Source: Candidatus Methanosuratincola verstraetei (GTDB lineage Archaea; Thermoproteota; Methanomethylicia; Methanomethylicales; Methanomethylicaceae). Taken from it: a stretch of DNA of 64,000 bases. The notes under the pieces were generated by a model. The model made no database searches. It worked only from the letters and a program-made list of their open reading frames with translations, and was not told where the DNA came from. The position numbers and the translations under genes were made by a program. The stretch spans positions 1,152,001 through 1,216,000 of the forward strand of contig CP186953.1 of the NCBI GenBank assembly GCA_049570475.1. Reading direction: 5' to 3'. Shown piece after piece: positions 1 to 10,100 of this stretch (position 1 is the first letter of the stretch; the number at the start of each line of letters is the position of its first letter).

Positions 1-25
1 CTAGGTATAAGAAAAAAGTTCGAGA

Positions 26-856
26 TCAGCCCACGATTATCGAGACGAAGACCAAGATCGTTGCAAGGACCATTATTATCGAGTGCTTCAGTCCGGATGC
101 CAAGTACCCCTCGCCGAGCTTGCCCGCGATGATCCCGCCAAAGACCCCTTGGATCATCGCCATGTAGTAGAAGATCCTCCTGTAGGTCTCAAAATCAGCC
201 TGCGGCGAGAATATGGTCTGACCGAACCCGACCATGGGCCAGAAGAACTGGTTTAGTAGGATTATAACAGTCGCGACGAATACGCCGAACGCGATGTAGA
301 CTATGTATATGTAGACCTTCATCGTCGACTTCCTCTCGAGGTTGATCTCCTCGATCTGCCTCATGTATGCCGCAAGGCTCCTGATGATCCTGGCGATGTC
401 GCCTCCAGCCCTCGTGGTCTCAACCATTATCCCGCTGGCCCTCCTCACCATCCTAGACCCGACCCTCTCGGCGAACCTCATGAAGCCCTCCTCTATCGTC
501 CCGCCTAGCTTCACGTGGGCAAGTATCCTCTTCAGCTCGTCTGTCACAGCGCCATAATTCTTCATCGCTGAGGCCTCTATCGCCCTCAGGAATGTGAGCC
601 CTGTCATCTGACCCTCGGCGATGTCCTCGAGGAGCTCCGGGATCCTCTTGTCGATGGAACGCTTCCACCTGTTCTCTAGGAAGTTGAGCACGGAGTATGG
701 CAAGAGCCCTGCGATGATGGCTGCCCCTATCAAGTAGTCCCCAAGCCTCGGGTTTACGAAGAGGAGCGTCCAGGCGCCGTAGATCCCTATCCCGAACCCA
801 AGACCGAGCGAAAGTGCGTATACCAGCTGTTTCTTCCTTTTTGTGGTGTATGGCAT
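26..856 (-). CDS. Type II secretion system F family membrane platform protein (TadC/ArlJ-like), type IV pilus assembly
   Basis: Multi-TM protein with T2SSF-like segment (IDKRIPELLEDIAEG...ETTRAGGD...QGVFGGIIAGK); last gene of the ATPase-F-F operon. Confidence 0.88.
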   Translation of the reverse strand: MPYTTKRKKQLVYALSLGLGFGIGIYGAWTLLFVNPRLGDYLIGAAIIAGLLPYSVLNFLENRWKRSIDKRIPELLEDIAEGQMTGLTFLRAIEASAMKNYGAVTDELKRILAHVKLGGTIEEGFMRFAERVGSRMVRRASGIMVETTRAGGDIARIIRSLAAYMRQIEEINLERKSTMKVYIYIVYIAFGVFVATVIILLNQFFWPMVGFGQTIFSPQADFETYRRIFYYMAMIQGVFGGIIAGKLGEGYLASGLKHSIIMVLATILVFVSIIVG

Positions 857-863
857 TCCCGAA

Positions 864-2030
864 TCACTCCTCCTTCGGCACTGACGTGTCGATTATCAGC
901 AGCATCAGCGCGGAGGTCGCCGGTATCAGGACGAACGTGGTGACGTACATCCACATCAGCGAGTCTATGCCGCTGCTGCCTATGAATGACATGGTGGCGA
1001 GCATGATTATGATGATTATTGGGAGGACGACGCCCATCGAGATGTAGATCTCAGCTAGGATCCCAAGTCCGTCGAGCTGCCTCTTCAGGTCGATCCTCCT
1101 CTGCCTCATGAAAGTCTTGCCTTGGAGGTGGAGGTACCTCCTCAGGTTCCCACCCATGCTGCCCACTGCAAGCATCCCCTTGAGCAGGTCGGCGAACTTC
1201 CTCGAAGGGGTTTCCATGATCCGGCTATTCAGGGCTGTGTAAAAGTCCTCCCCGAATATGTCCATCCTCTTTATTATCTCCCCTATCTCGTCTTTTATGA
1301 CCTGGTCCACGTCCGAGTTCATCAGGCTCTTGAAGATCCTCTCGGGGGTGACGTCCGCGCCCGCGAGGATTGCCATGTACTGCGTCGCGAAGTTGAGCGA
1401 GGCGTCTATCTTTGACCTCCTGCTCCCAGCAGCCAGGGATGGGTATATGTACATGACCATGAATCCGACTGCCCCTGCGATAGCCGCGAGGCTGAGCCCC
1501 ATCCCCAACGCTATAAAGGGCATCGCCCACCTGATGAGGATAGGGGTCGTGACCGCGAAAGTCGCTGCAAAGATTATTGCAGTGACCAGGATCATCTTCG
1601 CGATGTACTTCTCGGCGGTGGACCTTATCAGCGCGCGCCTCAGGTTGCAGTCGAGATCCTTCATCTGGGGGTGGATCTTCTCGGCAGCCCCCCCGAAGAT
1701 CTTGTAGGCGAATGCGCCAATGTCGGGGAACTCGAACTTGGACTTCTTCTCTTTTTTCTTCCCCTCTTCTTTGCCCATTATCCCCTTCTCTATCTCCTCG
1801 ACCTTCACCTTTTCCTTAAGCTTGATGTGGCTGGAGAGCCTCGGGTAAGTGTAAGTGATCCCGAAGACTGCCACAGCCGCCAGGAGCGAGACCCCGAGGG
1901 AGGCACCGAACGCGTTTATCGCGCCAATTGCCCTGAATATCAGTAGGAAAGAGACTGTGAAGGCAACGAGTATCGCTATGAGGCACAACAGCAGCACGTC
2001 TGGAAGCGATGCCCCCTTAGTCTGGCTCAT
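864..2030 (-). CDS. Type II secretion system F family membrane platform protein (TadB/C-like)
   Basis: YPSLAAGSRRSKIDASLNFATQYMAILAGA...SRKFADLLKGM pattern; 4-nt overlap with the ATPase gene. Confidence 0.88.
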   Translation of the reverse strand: MSQTKGASLPDVLLLCLIAILVAFTVSFLLIFRAIGAINAFGASLGVSLLAAVAVFGITYTYPRLSSHIKLKEKVKVEEIEKGIMGKEEGKKKEKKSKFEFPDIGAFAYKIFGGAAEKIHPQMKDLDCNLRRALIRSTAEKYIAKMILVTAIIFAATFAVTTPILIRWAMPFIALGMGLSLAAIAGAVGFMVMYIYPSLAAGSRRSKIDASLNFATQYMAILAGADVTPERIFKSLMNSDVDQVIKDEIGEIIKRMDIFGEDFYTALNSRIMETPSRKFADLLKGMLAVGSMGGNLRRYLHLQGKTFMRQRRIDLKRQLDGLGILAEIYISMGVVLPIIIIIMLATMSFIGSSGIDSLMWMYVTTFVLIPATSALMLLIIDTSVPKEE

Positions 2031-3514
2031 AGACTCTCCACCATTGCCTTCCGGTAGATCCTCTCCGGATCGGCATAGAACTCGCGCATCATCGCGCCAA
2101 TCTCCTTATACCTGCGCATGCCCTTGCTCTCGAGCCACTTGAATATGACCTTCCTCTTCTTGATGTCCGCCATGGCCTCCTCTACGGTGATCCCTTTCTT
2201 TTCTGCGATCTTCTTCAGTAGGAGGCTCTCGGTCTTTATGATGAACGAGTCGTCCTGCGGGTTCCACTTCGCGAGCTGGTTCATCACCAGCTTGTTTGAG
2301 TCAGGGTCGTATCCGCCGACCTCAGTGACGTCCACAGTCCTTCTCACGGGCTTGTCCCCGATCCTTGTCCTGTTCTGCATGATGATCAGGTCTATGAGCC
2401 CGATGAGCGGCCTCGGGACGTTCATTGGCTCGGCCTCGAGCCTCTTGAAGACGCTCGCCGGGGAGTCTGCGTGGATGGTCGCCTGGACGCCGTGCCCGGT
2501 CGCGAGCGCCTGGAAGAGCGTGTACGCCTCCCTGCCCCTGACCTCGCCGACGATTATGTAGTCGGGCCTCTGCCTGAGCGAGTTCTTGAGCAGGTCGAAG
2601 AGGCTCACGTCCGCCTCCTTCTTGCCGAACCCTGTCCTCGTGGTCATCGGGATCCAGTTGATGTGGGGGAGGTTGAGCTCCGGGGTCTCCTCGATGGTCA
2701 CTATCTTCATGTCGGGCTTGATGAACATCGAGATGCAGTTCAGGAGCGTCGTCTTCCCGGACGCTACCCCGCCCGCGACAAGGACCGAGCTCTTGTTCTC
2801 GACCGCGAACCAGAGGAAGGCAGCCAGGTCGGGGGAGACTGTCTTGAGCGCTATGAGGTCGACTATGGTGAGGGGGTCTGCCCTGAACCGCCTTATAGTG
2901 AAGGTCGCCCCCTTCTTCGAGATCTCGGTGCCGTAGGTGGCATTCACCCTGCTCCCGTCGGGGAGCGATCCGTCGAGTATTGGGTTTCCTATCGAGATGT
3001 GCCTGCCGCACTTGTAGGCAAGCCTCACGACGGCCCTGTTCAGAGTCTCCGGGTCGTCATACATTACGTTGGTGGGGATTGACTCCCACTCCCTGTGCCA
3101 GACGTACAGCGGGATCCCGACGCCGTCGCAGGAGATGTCCTCTATGAAGTGGTCCCGCATCATCGGGTCTATCCTCTCGAACCCGAGGAGATCCCTCGTC
3201 AGGTAGTAGAAGATCTTGTTGAGCGTCTCTTCCGTGACCTTGATCTTGTACTCCTTGATGATCCTCCTAGTCTCTGCCTCGATTATCTTGGGGGCCTTCT
3301 CCTCGTTCAGTTCGGTCACATCGACCTCTAGCTCCTGTAGCATGATGTGCTTAATCTTCTCCAGGACCAACTTGTCCTCAGGGGTGAGTGTAGGCTCAAT
3401 GACCCTGTAAAGGATCTCCTTCGTTGCCGGATCTTCCACAATCGCTGCATAAACGAAAGGCTCCTTGACGGCATAAGTCGCCTTGAATGCAGTGCTTTCC
3501 AAAGCTGTGCCCAT
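2027..3514 (-). CDS. Type IV pilus assembly ATPase (VirB11/ArlI/TadA family)
   Basis: Walker A GGVASGKTT, Asp box VTIEETPEL, RQRPDYIIVGEVRG Walker B, His box TGHG..TIHA. Confidence 0.95.
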   Translation of the reverse strand: MGTALESTAFKATYAVKEPFVYAAIVEDPATKEILYRVIEPTLTPEDKLVLEKIKHIMLQELEVDVTELNEEKAPKIIEAETRRIIKEYKIKVTEETLNKIFYYLTRDLLGFERIDPMMRDHFIEDISCDGVGIPLYVWHREWESIPTNVMYDDPETLNRAVVRLAYKCGRHISIGNPILDGSLPDGSRVNATYGTEISKKGATFTIRRFRADPLTIVDLIALKTVSPDLAAFLWFAVENKSSVLVAGGVASGKTTLLNCISMFIKPDMKIVTIEETPELNLPHINWIPMTTRTGFGKKEADVSLFDLLKNSLRQRPDYIIVGEVRGREAYTLFQALATGHGVQATIHADSPASVFKRLEAEPMNVPRPLIGLIDLIIMQNRTRIGDKPVRRTVDVTEVGGYDPDSNKLVMNQLAKWNPQDDSFIIKTESLLLKKIAEKKGITVEEAMADIKKRKVIFKWLESKGMRRYKEIGAMMREFYADPERIYRKAMVESL

Positions 3515-3759
3515 TCAAAACCCACTCTATGTTCTAATGAATTCTATCCTTTATTATTCTTATTGCCCTCTTTTTCTTTATAAATACTTGCGAAAAATTG
3601 AATATCTGGTGGATCCCAAAGCAGGGGCCGCTGCAGACCGGCCGCCTATCCCCGGGGCCGTTCCAGTCGAAACTCTTGGATGGCGCGAACGCGGGGGACA
3701 AATTGGAAAGGCTAAATATCCTCCGGAAGGATACTTCTCCCAAAGGAGAAGGTCTATCA

Positions 3760-4479
3760 ATGATCTTCGAGATCAAGGCGGTCGTAGTCGGCGCGATGCT
3801 AGCCTTCGCCTCATACCAGGACCTGAAGACCAGGGAGATCGACGACTGGGTATGGATAGTGGGGGGAGCCGCCGGCGCTGCGCTGACGCTGCTCGAAGCA
3901 GCCACAGTGGATGGGTACCCATACGTGCTTGCCGCTTTCAGCGTGGCGATCACTGCGGCGCTGGCTTTCGGGGTCTACTACCTGGGGCTCTACGGCGGGG
4001 CGGATGCGAAGGCGTTGCTGGCGATCGCCGTGGCTTTCCCGTTCTCCCCTGTCTCGCAGCTCTCGCCCTTCTTCCCTCTGACCGTGCTCGGCAACTCCCT
4101 CCTCCTCTCGATCCTCCTTGTACCTGCCTGCCTCGTCATCAATTTGGCTTGGCGCCTCGCAGGGAAGGCGTTTTTCGACGGGATAAGCGCTTCGCGGGCA
4201 AGGAAGGCTGCAGCCATCCTGACGGGGTTCAGGGTCTCCCCCTCGGCTGCAAAGAAGGTCCACTTCAACCTGATGGAGGTGCCGGACGGATCTGGCGGGG
4301 CCACGCTTAAGCTCTTCTCGAGAGTGACCGACGAGGACGAAGTGAAGCATATCGATGAAGGGCGCCAGTACGTCTGGGTCACGCCCGCGATACCGATGAT
4401 CGTCTTCTTCCTAGCAGGCTACTTGATCGCCCTAGACGGATGGGACCTCATCTTCTGGATAGTCTCTGCCATTCTCTGA
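3760..4479 (+). CDS. Prepilin/prearchaellin peptidase (A24 family, PibD/FlaK-like)
   Basis: ASYQDLKTREIDD and GGADAKAL catalytic Asp motifs; C-terminal VWVTPAIPMIVF; start moved to ATG 3760 (track start 3598 is non-homologous). Confidence 0.92.
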   Translation: MIFEIKAVVVGAMLAFASYQDLKTREIDDWVWIVGGAAGAALTLLEAATVDGYPYVLAAFSVAITAALAFGVYYLGLYGGADAKALLAIAVAFPFSPVSQLSPFFPLTVLGNSLLLSILLVPACLVINLAWRLAGKAFFDGISASRARKAAAILTGFRVSPSAAKKVHFNLMEVPDGSGGATLKLFSRVTDEDEVKHIDEGRQYVWVTPAIPMIVFFLAGYLIALDGWDLIFWIVSAIL

Positions 4480-4952
4480 TCAGGTTCGGTGGATCGCTCC
4501 CACCGGCTGCAATCGATCGGATCAAGACCAAGCGCCCGGAAAGCCCCCCTCACCATGTCCGCGGTCTCCTCGAAGCCAAGGCTGGACCTGATCAGGTGCC
4601 CCTTGCAACCCGCGCGGCAGTCAGTGGACCCGAACCCCTCGACAGGGCTCATCCCAGGCAATGAGGATAGCGCGGAGGCTAGCCTGCACTCGACCCTCTC
4701 CTCCGACCGCGCGGATATTGCGGCTACGGCTGAGCACCCCGCCAGCAGGGCGTCTATATGCCAGTGGTTCTTCCCGCCGATCCCGTAGAACTTCTTCTGG
4801 TGGCGATCGATCCTACCCTGGATGCCGTTGAGCGCGGACCCCGAGTAGACATATGGACCGGCGACGAGATCCGCTTCCCTGCTGCCGTAGCGCACCCTCC
4901 CCCCTCCAAAGAGGATCACGAGCGCGTACCCCCCTTTCAAACCCCTTCGCAT
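4419..4952 (-). CDS. DUF123 / GIY-YIG (Uri) superfamily putative endonuclease
   Basis: YVYSGSA...RIDRH...HWHIDALL...ECRLA...GFGSTDC...CKGHL motif set; start uncertain (4952 or 5015); 3' end overlaps the peptidase convergently. Confidence 0.8.
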   Translation of the reverse strand: MRRGLKGGYALVILFGGGRVRYGSREADLVAGPYVYSGSALNGIQGRIDRHQKKFYGIGGKNHWHIDALLAGCSAVAAISARSEERVECRLASALSSLPGMSPVEGFGSTDCRAGCKGHLIRSSLGFEETADMVRGAFRALGLDPIDCSRWERSTEPDQRMAETIQKMRSHPSRAIK

Positions 4953-5041
4953 AAACCCGTCCGTCCCCCTTGAGAATCGCTGCGACCGGCTATCCTTCAC
5001 TCGCGCAGCGATCAACCCAAAATCCGATCGATTAAATTAAG

Positions 5042-5050
5042 TTTATATAT
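5042..5050 (+). promoter_or_regulatory. Archaeal TATA box upstream of the major pilin
   Basis: TTTATATAT in an AT-rich intergenic region, followed by a GGTGA Shine-Dalgarno before ATG 5089. Confidence 0.55.
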
Positions 5051-5088
5051 CCGATATATATATTTTATATCATAATAGGTGAATAAAA

Positions 5089-5520
5089 ATGAGGAAATTC
5101 TCTCTGAAAGCAAGAAAAGGAGTCTCGCCTATAATTGCAACACTGCTTCTAATCATCATTGCCGTGGCAGCTGCTGTCGTGACCTACAGCTTCGTCATGG
5201 GCTTCATCGGTGGCGTCGGCACTGGGCAGAGTGGAACTGCACAATTCTCTATAGATACATATAGTTATAATCCCACTGCTCAAAACTTCACTATCTACAT
5301 CAGGAATATCGGTACAAAACAGGTTAGCTTGTCATCTTTGTATATTGATGGTGTATTAAAAAGCAATAATGATTATAGCATAAGTGGAACCTTTGCTGTT
5401 GGAAGCGTTACAACCTTGACAGTCGATGCGAGGGGCCTTAGTGCAGGGACCCATATAATCAAGCTAGTCTTTTCTGACGGTACACCTTTGGAATTCAACG
5501 TCCTGAAACCAAGTAGTTAA
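5089..5520 (+). CDS. Archaeal type IV pilin (probable major pilin)
   Basis: Class III signal peptide RKG|VSPIIATLLLIIIAVAAAVV; YIRNIG motif; own promoter and T-rich terminator. Confidence 0.92.
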   Translation: MRKFSLKARKGVSPIIATLLLIIIAVAAAVVTYSFVMGFIGGVGTGQSGTAQFSIDTYSYNPTAQNFTIYIRNIGTKQVSLSSLYIDGVLKSNNDYSISGTFAVGSVTTLTVDARGLSAGTHIIKLVFSDGTPLEFNVLKPSS

Positions 5521-5548
5521 TTTAATTATTTTTTATTTTTTGATTTTT
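5521..5548 (+). terminator. Oligo-T archaeal terminator after the pilin
   Basis: Several consecutive T tracts directly after the stop codon. Confidence 0.55.
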
Positions 5549-5607
5549 GCCTATTATCAGTTAATTTAAATACTATTTCCTGAATAATTATTTGCAGGTG
5601 CCCATAC

Positions 5608-6048
5608 TTGAGATCCATAAAGGGCGTTAGCGAGATCATCGCGGTAATCCTCATGATCCTGATAGTCACAACGATAGGCTTCGGGGTCTTCCTGTACTCA
5701 CTCGGCTACTTCTCGAACATAACCTCGGCTTACATGGAGTCCAGCAAGGTGGACTCTGATGCCGTCAGGGAAAACTTTGTGATCACAGACGTCCTGTTCA
5801 CAGTCTCTGCAGGAAATACCAACGTTCGCGTGGCCATATACAACTACGGGCAGACCAATTTGCGGATCGCAGCCCTCTACATAAACGGGACCGCCCTGGG
5901 CAGCCTTGTTGAGAGCAGCATCCCGCCGTACGGATCTGGCTTTGTCACCGGGGTGCTCGACAGGGAGATCTCTGCGGGCGAACCCCAGCTCGTGCGCGTC
6001 GTGTCAAAGCTGGGCAACTACTTCGAGAATTACTACTTCCTTGGGTGA
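5608..6048 (+). CDS. Minor type IV pilin-like protein
   Basis: KG|VSEIIAVILMILIV class III signal; AGGTG SD before TTG; IYNYG motif. Confidence 0.85.
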   Translation: MRSIKGVSEIIAVILMILIVTTIGFGVFLYSLGYFSNITSAYMESSKVDSDAVRENFVITDVLFTVSAGNTNVRVAIYNYGQTNLRIAALYINGTALGSLVESSIPPYGSGFVTGVLDREISAGEPQLVRVVSKLGNYFENYYFLG

Positions 6049-6054
6049 TTGACC

Positions 6055-6960
6055 ATGTCCACAGGCAGTACGCGTAAAAAGGGCGTCAGCACGGTCGTTG
6101 GGATGACAATCTTCGTCCTCATATTCGCGCTCGTCGCCTCCTACTCTTTTGTCTGGACGAGCGAGCTGAACAAGTACGTCGAGAACGTGAGGGTGGACAT
6201 GAGGGAGGAGCAGCTTAGGGCCCATGAGGTCCTCGTCGTGACCCCGATCAACGAGACCGCCATCTCGGTCCAGAACCCCACTTCCGAGGTTGTTGTAGTG
6301 ACCCAGATCTGGAGCGGACACGATTTGTTGTGGACGGGGCAGCGGGGCGTCCCGCCATTCTCCAGCGTGACCTTCCCCTCGTTCGATCGGTCTAAGACTG
6401 ACGGCTCGTTCAGGGTCGTAACGCTGCGTGGAAATATCTTCAGCGGGTCCTACGCCGACATGATGGAGCGGATACAGAAGAGGACTTGGACCGTCAGCTG
6501 GTACTGGAACACCACCAGCCAAGAGAACGAGGGCATTCCTCCAACCCAGCTCAACCAGAGCACCCTGATAGGCACAAGCTACTTCTACGACCTGAGGATC
6601 GACTGGGAATGGACCGACGACGCAGCCGTGATCTCGAACTACTACTACAACTCGACGAACGTAATCGGATTCATAGCCAGGGCAGTACTCGTAAAGACCA
6701 CTGACGCGACGCAGGACGCCACTATAAGGTTCCTCATAGACGGCAATTCGCTCGTTAACTTCCAAATAAACGGATCGTATCCGGCCTGGGTGGGTGAGAG
6801 CTTCAACGACAAGTGGATCGACAGCACGAAAGATGTTTACATCGTAATCCCTGGCGACAAGTACTCGGTCCACGAGGTGACCGTATTCTTCAAGACCGTG
6901 GGGTACGAGGGCCCTGTCTACCTCAGGCTCAACATAGCGAACGCCGCCTTCTACCCCTGA
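6055..6960 (+). CDS. Minor pilin-like protein with extended C-terminal beta domain
   Basis: KKG|VSTVVGMTIFVLIFALV class III signal; GGTGA SD at 6044-6048. Confidence 0.8.
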   Translation: MSTGSTRKKGVSTVVGMTIFVLIFALVASYSFVWTSELNKYVENVRVDMREEQLRAHEVLVVTPINETAISVQNPTSEVVVVTQIWSGHDLLWTGQRGVPPFSSVTFPSFDRSKTDGSFRVVTLRGNIFSGSYADMMERIQKRTWTVSWYWNTTSQENEGIPPTQLNQSTLIGTSYFYDLRIDWEWTDDAAVISNYYYNSTNVIGFIARAVLVKTTDATQDATIRFLIDGNSLVNFQINGSYPAWVGESFNDKWIDSTKDVYIVIPGDKYSVHEVTVFFKTVGYEGPVYLRLNIANAAFYP

Positions 6961-7119
6961 CCTTTTTCACTTTATTGTTTCAGACCAAGCCCAATGTGCA
7001 TCGGAGTTCTACTAAAATACAAAAATTTAAAAAAATCATTACTAAATCCTAATTTTTCTTTCAGAAAAAGCAAAGAAGATAAATTGGTGTTCATGTTTTA
7101 TTGTCATAGGTGTTATTAT

Positions 7120-10100
7120 TTGCCTTCATCAAGAGGGGTTTCTGTTATCGTAACGACCATACTCCTCATAGGTATTGCAGTAAGCACGGCTTTCGTACTT
7201 TACAGCTCAATCCCCCCGTTCTCCCTTCCAGAGGACTCGGCGGGGAAAATAATGGAGCGCCTCGACGTGGTCAAAGTAGACGTCATAAAGGTAAGTGAAT
7301 CGAATTATAATTGCACCCTCTTCATACTCAACTCCGGGTCGGTCAACGCAACTGTCAACGCACTTTACGTCGAGACTGTGTACCGGACCCTTATCTCCGC
7401 CCCGCATGTCGACTGGGAATCATACGGTCCGATGTCCCCGGGCGATATAATCAACGTGAGCTTTTCGATTGACAAGAAGTACCTCGGCACCCCTGTGCTC
7501 TTCAGCATAGTGACCAAGTCCGGTTTCAAGACGTGGTCCACTTACCTCCTCCCAACAGCTGAGGAGTCCGGGGGATCCTCAGGTCCAAGCGAGGGGATAA
7601 TCACCAAGTACTCGATCAGCGGCATCGTTTTCGAGGACAGGGACAGGGATGGCGTATACAACGGATCCGTAGATGTCCCCTTCTCGTTTGAGGGCTATTT
7701 CGTGGAGATATCTTTTGGAAACGGGAGTCGCATCCCGGCTTACATCGACCAATACGGAAAGTACTCTTATGGCGGGCTTGACAAGGGCTACTATACTGTG
7801 ACCGCCCCGCGTCTCTCTCTCCCAGGCGGAGTGTTGATGACCAACACGACCCCCTCCGAGCTCGTTGTGATGATCAAGTCCAGCTCAAAAAGTGATGTAG
7901 ATTTTGGGTGGTTCTTTGAGACGCCTGTTCCGAGGTACCGTGTCAGCGGCATTGTATTCAACGACACAAACTTTGACGGGGTAAGGGATCCAGATGCCGG
8001 CGAACTCGGTCTCCAGGACTGGTACGTCTCTGTGCGTGCTGTCGGCGGTCCCATGTACGCCACCAGGACTGCCGCTGACGGATCATACTTCTTCGACCTC
8101 CTTCCAGGGACCTACGAGGTCTCCGTAATCCTCAGGGCGGGCTGGACCAACACCACCTCGTGGAGCATGCCAGTCGTGGTCAACGGCTCCGCGGTAAGTG
8201 GCTTGGACTTTGGGGTAAAATTCATTGGCTTCCCTCCGCCCACTGCGCTCAGCATCAGCGGTCGCGTCTACAACGACACCGACCGGAACGGCTTCTTCAT
8301 CCCGCCTGGTGACCTTCCACTTGAAGGCTGGGATGTGGTCTACAGCAGGCTTGGCGGTCCGATGTACTTGGCTGATCCGACCGACTCGGGCGGCGTCTAC
8401 ACGATAGCGGATCTAACGCCAGGGACGTACGCGGTTGAGCAGATACTTAGGGAAGGTTGGGTCAACACCACCTCGCTTCTTAAGGTGGTTTCCGTGTCAT
8501 CGTCTCCGGTCTCCAATGTCGATTTTGGCAACTTCTACGTGGGCACTGGAGGGGGGCAGGTGCAGCTCAGCATCAGCGGTCGCGTCTACAACGACACTGA
8601 TTCCAATGGTGCATTCGATCCTTACGTCGATCTGCCCATGCCTGGCTGGCAGGTTATTCTGCTCGACTCGAACAACCTTCCTGTGTACACCTATCTGACT
8701 GGAGCTCAGGGTCTCTTCTCATTCTCCGGGCTTGCGCCGGGGACCTACAACTTGACGATCGTGCGCCAGTCCGGATGGATTAACACCACCCCCGTCTGGT
8801 ACTCTGTGGTAATTTCCGACACGCCGGTCTGGCGGGACTTCGGATTACACAAGTCGGGTGCCCCAGTTACCTTCACGGTCTACGGCACTATCTTCCAGGA
8901 CTCCGACTCGGACGGCTACTATGATCCCCTCTCAGACGAGCCGCTAGAGGGCTGGACGGTCCTGCTCTACGAAGGTATCTATGATGGCTCGGGCTCTCCG
9001 GCGAGGTTCGCGGTCACAGGCGCCGACGGGTTCTACTCATTTGGATCCCTGAACGCAGGATCGAACTACACGATTATAGCAGCCCTGGAGCTGGGATACA
9101 CTAACTCGACTCCCAGGCTCCAATATGTGGTGAACTCTTCAGCCAGCTTCAACTTCGGCTTCGTCTCCACCGCACTCCCATGGAACTACTCCATAAGCGG
9201 GCTGGTCTTCAACGATACCGACGCGAATGGGATAAGGAACGCCTATGATCCGCCCATGGCGGACTGGCAGGTGATGGTCTCGGACGCGTCGACCGGCATC
9301 CCTGTCCAAGTCGTGGCATCAGGGGGTGACGGCGCGTTCACCGCCTTTGGGCTGGGCCCTGGCAACTACCTTGTCTCGCTCCTGCTAAAGGATCGGTGGG
9401 TGAGCACCACCATGCCCGCCGCAGTAGCAATCACCTCGTCATCTGTATCCGGGATAAAGCTGGGCGCCAGCTATGTCCCGCCATCCCCGACGTACGTGGT
9501 TAGCGGAATCGTCTTCAACGATACTGATGGGGATGGGGTGCTGGAGGAGGGCGATCTCGGTCTCCAGGGCTGGAGTGTGTGGCTCTACAACGGCACCTAC
9601 AACTCGACCGCTACCCCGTGGAAGAAGTCCACCACCCTCGAAACTGGGGAGTTCTACTTCTCGGGCGTCCCGAACGGGACTTACACCGTCCTGGCGATCC
9701 TGCAGCCGGGCTGGACCAACACGACTGCCCGGTACTGCACTGTGACTGTGGCTGGCGGGCACTCCTCCGAGATCCGGTTCGGCGCGAGCGCGGTCGCGAC
9801 CGCCCAGTACTACTCCATTAGCGGCTACGTCTACAACGACACCGACCGGAACGGGGCGAAGGAATTCTACGACCCCGGGCTTTCCGGCTGGGAGCTCTTC
9901 CTGCTCGACTACGACGGCTTCCCGATAGGCTATAATACGACCGTGGCAGGCGGATCCTACCAGTTCGCCTCCCTGCCTGAGGGCGTCTACACCGTCTTCG
10001 TCAGGATCCTCCAAGGGTATTCCAACAGCACGCCCAGCGTCAGGGCAGCGACACTGTCCGGAGGCCCTGTGGAGGATCTCAACTTCGGGGTCTACCCGCT

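Noticed and set aside
3640-3705. Hairpin ending in ACA as an H/ACA sRNA
   Set aside because: No clear K-turn/K-loop and a lopsided pocket; GC-rich pairing could be chance.
4419-4952. GIY-YIG gene as a homing endonuclease or mobile element
   Set aside because: It matches the cellular DUF123 type, with no flanking intron, intein or terminal repeats.
26-5520. Archaellum operon
   Set aside because: No ArlH, ArlF or ArlG; the two split platform genes and short pilins fit a pilus.
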